Assembly (NCBI RefSeq): GCF_964355755.1
Contig: NC_092679.1
Coordinates: forward strand, 11,577,432 to 11,641,431
Reading direction: 5' to 3'
DNA length: 64,000 nucleotides
From: Antedon mediterranea
Taxonomy: Eukaryota > Animalia > Echinodermata
The position numbers and the translations under genes are program-made. This document shows, piece after piece, positions 14,401 through 24,500 of this stretch; position 1 is the stretch's first letter; every line of letters starts with the position of its first letter. Under the pieces are notes generated by a model that saw nothing but the letters and a program-made list of their open reading frames with translations, was not told the origin of the DNA and made no database searches.

Positions 14401-15890
14401 CAATTGACTCCCAGGAGCAATCCGCCATTTTCTCACAAATACAGTATCAAATTTCACTATATAAAAAATTGTAATTGAGTTACACTCAGATTTAAAAGAT
14501 GAGGGCTGAGTAAACGGGACCACCGGTCCTACTCTAACTTATACTGGACGATTAAGGAGGTCCCGTAGAATAATCCCACCAAGTGACTCCCAGGAGAAAT
14601 CCGCCATTTTCTCACAAATACAGTATCAAATTTCACTATAATATTAAAGATCGTAATTGAGTTACACTCAGATTTAAAAGATGAGGGCTGCGTAAACAGG
14701 GCCAGCGGTCCTACTCTAACTTATACTGGACGACTAAGGAGGTACCCAAGTATAATCCCACCAAATGACTCCCCAGGAGCAATCCTCCATTTTCTCACAA
14801 ATACAGTATCAAATTTCACTATAATATTAAAAATCGTAATTGAGTTACACTCAGATTTAAAAGATGAGGGCTGAGTAAACAGGACCAGTGGTCCTACTCT
14901 AACTTATACTGGACGACTAAGGAGGTACCCTAGTATAATCCCACCAAGTGACTCCCAGGAGCAATCCGACATTTTCTCACAAATACAGTATCAAATTTCA
15001 CTATAATATTAAAAATCGTAATTGAGTTACACTCAGATTTAAAAGATGAGGGCTGAGTAAACAAGACCAGCGGTCCTACTCTAACTTATACTGGACGACT
15101 AAGGAGGTACCCTAGTATAATCCCACCAAGTGACTCCCAGGAGCAATCCGCCATTTTCTCACAAATACAGTTTCAAATTTCACTATATAAAAAATCGTAA
15201 TTGAGTTACACTCAGATTTAAAAGATGAGGGCTGAGTAAACGGGACCAGTGGTCCCACCTAACTTATACTGGACGACTAAAGAGGTACCCTAGTATAATC
15301 CCACCAAGTGACTCCCAGGAGCAATCCGCCATTTTCTCACAAATACAGTATCAAATTTCACTATAATATTAAAAATCGTAATTGAGTTACACTCAGATTT
15401 AAAAGATGAGGGCTGAGTAAACAGGACCAGCGGTCCTACTCTAACTTATACTGGACGGCCAAAGAGGTACCTTAGTATAATCCCACCAAGTGACTCCCAG
15501 GAGCAATCCGCCATTTTCTCACAAATACAGTATCAAATTTCACTATAATAATAAAAATCGTAATTGAGTTACACTCAGATTTAAAAGATGAGGGCTGAGT
15601 ATACAGGACCAGCGGTCCTACTCTAACTTATACCGGACGACTAAGGAGGTACCCAAGTATAATCCCACCAAGTGACTCCCAGGAGCAATCCGCCATTTTC
15701 TCACAAATACAGTATCAAATTTCACTATAATATTAAAAATCGTAATTGAGTTACACTCAGATTTAAAAGATGAGGGCTGAGTAAACAGGACCAGCGGTTC
15801 TACTCTAACTTATACTTGACGATTAAGGAGGTCCCCTAGTATAATCCCACCAAGTGACTCCCAGGTGCAATCCGTCATTTTCTCACAAAT
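5433..15890 (-). repeat. Same satellite in inverted orientation, right arm (~58 monomers)
   Basis: The reverse complement of the monomer (GAGTAAACAGGACC...CCGCCATTTTCTCACAAATAC) repeats from the junction to ~15890. The last monomer is degenerate (GGTGCAATCCGTCATTTT). Confidence 0.98.
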
Positions 15891-16167
15891 ATTGAATTTC
15901 TAATACTATAAAAACCTTAAGCAATACTGAAAATGTGAAAAATACACAAACGGCGTTTCATACTTATTGTCGGCTGGAAAAAATAAAAGTGGGCTGGCTT
16001 ATTGTCGGCTGGCTTATTGTCGGCTAGCTTGACACAAGCATTGTTTGGTTGTGTTTTTTGTTGATGTTTTTGTTTGTAAAAAAACCCGCCACCTACAGTT
16101 TTCCCAAGCACGCACACACTTATTGCTGCTCTGGTTTTTCAAACGCGGGAGAGACGCAAGGGGTTAA
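15891..16167 (-). mobile_element. Putative piggyBac-like transposon terminus abutting the satellite
   Basis: The + strand reads AAGGGG|TTAA at 16158-16167, i.e. TTAA-CCCCTT on the - strand. Three subterminal CTTATTGTCGGCT repeats lie at ~15963-16025. The partner end is not in the window. Confidence 0.4.
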
Positions 16168-18057
16168 AATATGGAAATCCATTATAACTGTATTATGAAA
16201 ATTTTAACGGCGAATGTACTGCAAGATAGCACATCAACATTAGTCAGTCCCAATCAGTAAATGTTTATATCTGTGTCACATTTAAAAAAATAAATAAACA
16301 TTTTTTTTATGTATGGGTCACGGGATGGGTCATTCTTCAGTATAATTGTCAAATTTCAGGTAATTGTCAAAATCGATTTTAAAACTTGCATTTTTTTAGT
16401 TTTAACAGTTTATTCAGATAAATGAACATGTATTACATGGCTAGCGTATGTTTTGCGAAATCTTTATTAGGCCTATATATATTTCGTAATTTATTCGTAT
16501 TTTTAATGGTTCCATGTACATTTTAATTTAGTGGCAGAAAAAAACATTTTAGTATGAAATTAAGGGTGTTGCCCGGGCAACTGGGGGAAACTGGGGGAAA
16601 CACCCCTTCGTCCACCCTTGGGAAATGTGACGGAGATGAGCGTAACGGAGATGATATAGGCCTACTTAAAATGGACAGGCCCGGGATCACCCCGTAGGCA
16701 TGTCTGACAACGAAGACGGGTACATACTGCTAGATAAAAGCTTTAAAAAAAAAGAAGCTTAAAAAACATATCACCTGAAATCAGAGACTAAAAATATCAA
16801 AGACCCCGCATGCGCACAAACCCTGCTTGTTTTGATCCTTAAGGATCGTTAAGAATTCCAAAGAAGAAGAAGAAGCCGTGAATAAATCGTAATTCTAGTT
16901 GAAAAAACCCAGAAATTATAATTATTTAATGAGTTCTATATAACGTTCGGATATGACGTTCTATAAAGGTTATACACAACTGTAATTTTTCTAAAACCTC
17001 GTTTTATTAGCTTTTTTCCTCTTTTATTGAAAATAATGTGCGGCTAGTTTTATTTCCATCTTCACATGTTTACAACGCACAATCAAGTTTTCCCCCGCCG
17101 TTCCTTATACTGCAGACGGCGCTTAAATTATGTGACTGTAGTTTTTTCCAAACAAAAACTTTAAAGTTTGAGATTTAATGTATGCAGGGGGATGTCATAG
17201 GCCTATTTTGAATAATAAAATTGCATGAAAACATAATTAACTAACTTTTTAACAATTCATGAACAAACATCCTTTATCAAATATAGGCCCGGTGATCATA
17301 AAACTGAGAATGACCCATATACTGTACTCTAAATCACCTTTTAGGTTCAATTTAGGGCCACTCGATCCAAATCCAGTTTCTTCCAATTTCCAATTAAAGA
17401 CCACCACAATTTAAATTAAAGTTTTTAAATGCATTTTTAAGGTAGAAGAACTTGCTGAATTTAAAGAAAAAGACAACATTTTTGTGAAATAACAAACTGA
17501 TAACAGGTTAATTATATAGGCCTACTACCCCATTCGCAGAGCTTCAAAGACAGAAAATGGTCCAAGAAGTTTGTTTTTTAATTAGGGGGATACCTATATG
17601 TTAGGCCTACATCCGGGGCCTAATGACGGTACCACAAGACTGGTGGCTGGAAGTCGAAAAAAACAATACAGTATTTAAAAACGACGAGCCGGGTAGGCTG
17701 TTAGGCGTATTGAATATTTCACCTTCACCCATATTTAAAGTTAAACGGTCTTTTGGATAGTAATGTGAATATTTTATTAGTATTACTTAAAAAATGATTT
17801 TAATATTGAAATAATATTATTTTTCATGGAGCTAACTAGATTTTGTATATAGGCCTAGGTCATGTTTTAATGTAGGCTATGGTTACGTAGATGTTTGAAA
17901 GTGTCATAGTATCTTGCAATTTACTTCAATTTAATGAAATCTATATTTTTTTATTGTAGTATAACATAATATTAGATATAATATCAAACAAAGTAGGCCT
18001 AACAAAGTCAAAAACAATCCAACAAAGTTTTCTTTGTTCGTCGTGATAAAACAAATA

Positions 18058-18096
18058 ACGCATGCGTAATACATTGGTTAAAACTCATGACGTCAT
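18058..18096 (+). promoter_or_regulatory. Probable WDR26 proximal promoter: NRF1-like palindrome, inverted CCAAT box, CRE/ATF palindrome
   Basis: ACGCATGCGT 18058-18067, ATTGG 18073-18077 and ATGACGTCAT 18087-18096, about 200-300 bp upstream of the first coding exon. Confidence 0.6.
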
Positions 18097-18151
18097 TGAA
18101 AATAAAGCACAACAGAGAGAGACAGAGCAGCTTCGCGAGCAGCTGACGGTG

Positions 18152-18255
18152 ATGGGGTGTATTATGGAATTGTTTCATAAGGATTCCGTCAAAATATTAT
18201 GAACATTTTGTTAAAATATTGCCAATTGGCCGATCTAGCTGAAGTAGTCAGATAA
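18152..18255 (+). other. Two overlapping short uORFs in the presumed WDR26 5' leader
   Basis: ATG 18152 to TGA 18202 (16 aa) and ATG 18199 to TAA 18255 (18 aa), overlapping as ATGA. They matter only if the TSS is upstream of 18152. Confidence 0.35.
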
Positions 18256-18275
18256 GTACTTTATTTGAAGCAATT

Positions 18276-18577
18276 CTGGCCTCTTCGTCCGATTCAGAGA
18301 ACGGTGGTTTGTCTCCGCCACCGCCGAAAAAACAACGCCTGTCTGCTGCTACTACTGCAGCAGTCATGCAAACCAATGGTTCGGGCCCGAGCTTTGAAAA
18401 TGGAGACACTGCTGCTCCGTTGTTGGTTAACCTTAATGGAGCTGCAAGCTCGGCTAGCAGTAATGGATCTTTCGTACCAGAAGATGTTTCTCGTAATCCT
18501 GTAACGATTACTCTTAGTCAGGGCGACAAAGATATTATTCGCCTAATAGGGCAACATCTGAAAGATCTAGGTCTTCA
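18276..18577 (+). CDS. WDR26: WDR26 exon 1 (first ATG at 18366, MQTNG; proposed CTG start at 18276)
   Basis: Frame is open from the stop TGA at 18240-18242. It encodes ...[13 protein letters not shown]...MQTNG...[14 protein letters not shown]. Donor CA|GTAAGT at 18578. Confidence 0.9.
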
Positions 18578-21500
18578 GTAAGTATATAATTTAGGCTAGC
18601 CTTAGGTCCTAGCTAGCTAGCCTGGGCCTAGGACTAGTTATTTGAGGGCCGGACTGAGCCCTACCTTTATGCCTAGCCTAAGCCTAGGTCCAAAAGTAGG
18701 CGCTACTGCAGTTTCGCACGACAGTGTTATATCTTCGATTTCTCACCTAAACTTTCATTTTTTACACTCACAACATACTATTATGTAACATGTTTACATG
18801 ATTACTAAGTAATTTTGTAAAAATAACAATACTTTTCAAAACATTTTAAACAATACTGAACTCGCTGTCAACACACTGCGAAATGTTCGCCATCTTATAT
18901 TTATCAGTTAATTGCCAGAATTTATGCTTCATTTTACCCCAAAAATTGTAGAAACTATAGAGGGCAGTCAGTGTTCTCCCCAGGATTCACATCAAGCGTC
19001 ACGCTTGGCCCCCCAGGGGGGTGGGGGGCATTCCGACACTAAGTACTTGAGTCACAGCCCCACCATGGTTGGGGCTGTGGCGAAGCGATTTTTGGTAATT
19101 TACACCCTAGATGGCCGGAAATGGTACTCTCGCACATAACATTTATGTTGAATGACACCTCTGGTTTGGCCGGAAATAACACTTATAGCGCGCTAGCAAA
19201 CAACAAAACGATCGTAGCCAACTTTTTCCGCCGGTAAACATACGCGAAGAAACATTTTTTGCGTTCATTACGAACGTCAGGGGGAAGCCCCAATGAAAAA
19301 AATAGGCCTAATCTATTAGCCTACTCATCAGTAGGAAAACTCTAGTTGGCCGGAAACGAAACTTTATAGCGCACTAGCAAACAGTAAAACCATCGTAGCA
19401 TACTTTTTCCGCCAGTAAACATACGCGATAAAAAAATGTTTTTGCGTTCAATACGAACGTCAAGGGGAATTCCCCGATGAAATAAAACTAGGCCTACTCA
19501 TGAGTAGAACAACTCTGTAGTTGGCCGGAAAGACACTTCATAGCGCGCTAGCAAACCGCACGATCGTAGCCTGCTTTTTCCGCCGGTAAACATACGCGAT
19601 AAGAAACATTTTTTGCGTTCATTACGAACGTCAAAGGGAATTCCCCGATGAAATAAAAAATGCCTACTCATCAGTAGGACAACTCTGTAGTTGGCCGGAA
19701 AGGACACTTCTTAGCGCGCTAGCAAACAGCCCGATTGAGCCTACTTTTCCGCAGGTAAACATACTGTACGCGATATATGAAAAAAAAATATGCCTCATAG
19801 TAGGCAACTGTAGTTAGCCGGAAACGACACCTCATAGCGCGTTAGCAAACATTAAAACGATCGTAGCCTACTTTTTTTTTTCGCCGGCGGGTAAACATAT
19901 GCGATAAAAAAACATTTTTTGCGTTCAAATACAAACATCGGGGGCAAGTCCCGATGAAATAAAACTAGGCCTACTCATTAGTAAGACACCTCTAGTTGCC
20001 CGGAAATAAGACTTCATAGCGCACTAGGAAATAGGAAAACATTCGAAAGAGAGACATGGCAGTAACAAAACACGTGCTTACATCTCTCGGCGGCGGCCGG
20101 TGAAAGCACCATGTGACATACAGTATCGCAGTACTGATATCACAATACCATGTGACATCCCTTGTCACTCGACTTTCTCACGAAGTAGGGCCTAAAACAT
20201 TCTAGCACCGATGTACAAATGTACCTTAAGTTAAGTGAAATAAGACTTTAGCGCACTAGCAAATAGGAAAACGATCGTAGCCTTCTTGAATGTATTATAC
20301 GATCAAAGCAGCTAGCATTGAATTGCGCCTAGAAATCATTTGATGACGTGCGTATGTTACCAACGAAAGAGTAAATCCCACCGATAGAGTCGATTAATTC
20401 AGTGTGATATTGAAAATAATAATATCATCGATATTTATTTTTAATACACATAACATTTTTACAAGAAAAACAATACAATCAATCATTTACTTTATTTACA
20501 ATATACAAGTTACTACACTTTAGACAACAGCCAAATACTAGAGATCGAAAGAGAGACATGGCAGTAACAAAACATGTGTTTACATCTCTCGGCGGCGGCC
20601 GGTGAAAGCGAGTCTCAGTTTAGTTGTTTAACACTTTGTTACGCAGTCTTTTGTTTTTCGTCTAGTGGTCATGTCACGTGTCTCGTATGCATTAGGCTCT
20701 TTATGCATGCCGCGCCTCAGCTCTAGAAAAAGTACCGTACCTGCCTGTTAATCTATTTTTAGATTGTTGTGGTTGATATTTTTAAGCGTCACGGATAAGG
20801 TTTTAAGCGTCACGGCCGACCGTAAAGCGTCACGGTAGAGAACCCAAGCGTCACGGTACCGTGACGCTTCAAAGGCCTGGGGAGAACACTGGCAGTGTTA
20901 TAAAATCCGATTACACATATAGGCCTATTTAGTTTTGAAAAGCAAGAAATGTTTTCAGCTGGTGAAATAAAGGTTAAATTAATATTTCATTATTAGATAG
21001 TATTATTATTCATATTAATGGTTCCTATCAATGTTTTATGTACGGACTCATATCGTCGCCGTTTTGATATGTACAGCTGGTTCTTTATAAAAACTACTCT
21101 TTGCAGTTTAAAAATAAAAACAGAAAATAAAACATACATTGATTTCTGGCAATTTTCTGATTCTAAAATGGCCACAGTTCGATCGAAGTATTCGCAAAAA
21201 AAGGAGCTGTTTTGAAAGGCATTTTTTATTATGATAAAGGTAATTAACGGTGGCTAAATCATGGGAACATGTTACATAATGGCCCAAAATTGTATGATGT
21301 GGGTGTGAGAAAAAAATTAAGCGAGAAATACTGAAAGCGAGTTTAGTTTTGGAAGGTTACCAGTGTTTTCTGTCAAAAGATTCTGTGCGAGGCACTGGGT
21401 TATATGTCAAGAATGGTATTCCAGTATCAGAAGTAAAGTTTAATGAATTTAGAGAGTCCGTTTGGGTTATTATTAATTTACCTCTTGACCAGAAATTACT

Positions 21501-24500
21501 TGCAGGTTGTGTTTATCGTAGTCCAAGCAGTTCTAAAGAGAATAATGTTTTATTAAATTTGTTATTGGAGCAGGTAAACCATTTTCAAGCAGATTTTCTT
21601 TTAGTTGCAGGAGACTTTAATTATAGGAATATCGATTGGGTTAGAATGGAATCTCAAGGTGATTCAGATACTTCAGATTTTTTTGAAAATATTTCAGAGG
21701 AGGTTTTTTGGTTTCAGCATTGTGTAGAACCTACGCGTTTTCGCGGTAGCGACGTACCAAGTACATTGGATTTAATTTTTACACGAGAAGAATGTTTCGT
21801 TGATGCGATTATATTTGGTCCCCCTCTAGGCAAGAGCGATCATGCAGTTCTGTCATTTAGAATATGTGGATATCCTATAGTTGTTGAAAATTCTCCCTTA
21901 ACTAGAAACTTTTATAAAGATGATTATATTGGGATTAGAAATTATTTAATTGACGCGGATTTAGTGAAGAACTGTACCCTGTAACCATGCATCTTCCTAC
22001 CTCTCTGAAAAGCTAAAGGAATGCATAAATAAGTTTGTACCCCTTCGGTCTGCTTATCATAAGAAAACCACTAATAAACTATGGTTTAATAAAGAGATAG
22101 AAAATATAATCAAAGTTAAACACAAAGCATGGAATAAGTATCTTAAATGTAAAAATCAGAGTAATTGGAATAGCTTTGTTTTAGCTAGGAATCAAGCTAC
22201 CAATGAAGTCCGCAAGGCAAGAGCTTCTTTAGAGAAAAAAATCGCATCAGATGTTAAAATAAATCCAAAATCCTTTTGTCATTATGTAAATAGTCAGCGA
22301 AAATATAAGCCTTTTATTCCAGACTTAAAAGATGATGAGGGAAATTTTGTGTCGTCAAAAATAAATAAAGCTGAATTATTTAATGAATCGTTTATTGGAG
22401 TTTTTACAGTGGAGAACCTTGAGGAGTTTCCTGAAATGTTTGCAGATGACACAAAAATGTATTTTAGCATCAATAATATAGACGATATGATTCAATTCCA
22501 GAATGATATTGATTTATTGTATATATGGTCCTCTACATGGAAGTGTAAGATCATGCATTTTGGTAACAACAACCAGAAGTTTAAATATAGTATAGGAGTA
22601 GGCGAGCAGAGGACAGAACTGGAAGCTGTAAGTGAGATGAAAGACCTAGGCGTTGTAATTGACGATAAGCTGAGTTTCAGATCTCATGTGTCCCATGGAA
22701 TTTCTTCTGCTAACAGGAAGTTAGGTATTATATATCGAGCGTTGAAATTTTTGGACCCTTAGAGTTTTTTTTTGTTATACAAGTCACTTGTACGTCCAAC
22801 CCTGGAATACTGTAATAATGTTTGGGTTTCTAAGTTTTTAGCGGATGAGGATATGTTGCAGAAGCTACAACAAAAGGCCACCCGATTCATTCCGGAACTA
22901 AGGGGTACAGAGTATGTATGTAGGCTAAAAATACTTGATCTTCCTACGTTAGTTTATAGAAGAAAGAGAGCTTCTCTGATCCAAGTATTTAAAATACTGA
23001 AAGGATTCGATAAATTGGACATTGAAACCTTTTTTAATATGTCAACTATCCATTATCATTCTTTCAAACTATCAAAGCCGCGGGTCAAAACTAAATGGGG
23101 ATCAAATAATTTTGGAGAAAGAGTAGTTAACGATTGGAACGCTTTGCCGAGAGTTGTTGTAGAGTCAGTTTGAATTGAACATTGAATCAGTTTAAGTCTA
23201 ATTTGAAAGAACACTGGAAAAACCACCACCAGAAGTTTCAGCCGTATGTAAGAGATGTGTAATTCCAGAGAGGAGAATAAGCAATTTGCTTTAGCCTTAA
23301 TTTCAAGGTAATTCAAGGTAATTAAAAAAAACACAGTGTGGTGCAAAACTGCAGTAGCGCCCAAAAGTATAGGCCTAGGCCATACAGCAGCTAGTCTCTA
23401 GTTAAACAAATGTTTATTAATTTGTTGCCGCGCTAGGCCAGGGCCTACTACTTGCTTGGAGCTTAGTTTTAGGCTAGGCCTAGTCCTACCTAGACTACTT
23501 GGTTTTGGTTGTGATTCAAATCAGTCATGTCTCACATCGGTCGTGTTGTGCATTTCGGTTGCTGCGCTGAACCCGCTGCACTGCGTGAGTCGTGACTTGG
23601 TATGTAAATTACCTAATGTTATGGACCGCCGTCAGCCAGTTGGGATTGCTTATAAAACTATATTATAGTAAAGTACTACTTTATTATTACATTCATACTT
23701 CTTTTCCTAATTATGTGTATGGTAATGAACAATATGTCGGGAAAACAAAAAACACGCTCCGTATAAGAACGACACAACACAGATCAGCTATCAAACCACT
23801 AAAGCTTGATCAACCCGTAGCCGAACATTTTAATTCAGCTGGTCACTTGATTGGAAATTTTAGAGTTGTTGCAAGAGACTACTATGTCAAATGGAGCAAC
23901 AAAACTCACAAAGACAAAGAAAAACACTGGGAATTACTATTAAAAAAAAACAAAACCTTTTGGACTTAACATTATGAACATACTCCCACATCGGTACAAT
24001 TACTCCATTGACAACTCAGGCAGTGCTTGCCTGATATATCTATCTACCTTCACTTGCACTGATGAAGGGCTAGTGTTTCTGGCTGTTTTACTTTTTTGTT
24101 TTGATTTAGCTTTTTTTTTATCTCCATTGAGATCCAGCCAATAATACCACAGCATTTTTTTCAGTATTTTGCCTTTGGAGTTGTGTATGGTAATGAATAT
24201 AGGCCTATTGAGATATAAAATTGAAAATAAATGAAAAATACTATAATTATTAATTATTATTTGTGTATAACTTATTATATATTGGGTACATAATCTCCTG
24301 TATATATCATATTATTATGCATTTATTATTCATTAACGATTGATTATTTCTGTATCTTTGTTGCACCAATGGAAGCCTATGGTTTGCAAAAAAAAGAATG
24401 TTTTTGTACTACATTTTGTACCGTATGCCAAAGGCAATTATTGCTTGCTTAAATCATGTCCCCCATACAGTAGTACGGTATGACCCTGCATGAATAAGCA

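Larger units (their letters stand above)
18699..23361. mobile_element. Non-autonomous DNA transposon, Merlin-like (GG termini, 8-bp TSD), hosting two nested insertions
   Basis: Left TIR GGCGCTACTGCAGTTTCGCAC, right TIR GTGCAAAACTGCAGTAGCGCC. TSD CAAAAGTA at 18691-18698 and 23362-23369. Further degenerate inverted similarity between ~18740-18805 and ~21257-21312. Confidence 0.8.

Noticed and set aside
1-15890. CRISPR-like array, or a hammerhead-carrying satellite
   Set aside because: There are no unique spacers, the context is eukaryotic, and no cas genes are present. No CUGANGA...GAAA core was found on either strand of the monomer.
18265-18504. Alternative-frame 79-aa ORF over WDR26 exon 1, and TTG 18309 as the start
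   Set aside because: The alternative frame has no recognisable features. TTG 18309 is a bacterial-style start call with T at +4 and lies inside the conserved-looking peptide, so CTG 18276 is the better candidate.
24059-24090. Active hammerhead ribozyme in the Penelope fragment
   Set aside because: CTGATGA is present but the stem II 3' strand and GAAA are missing.
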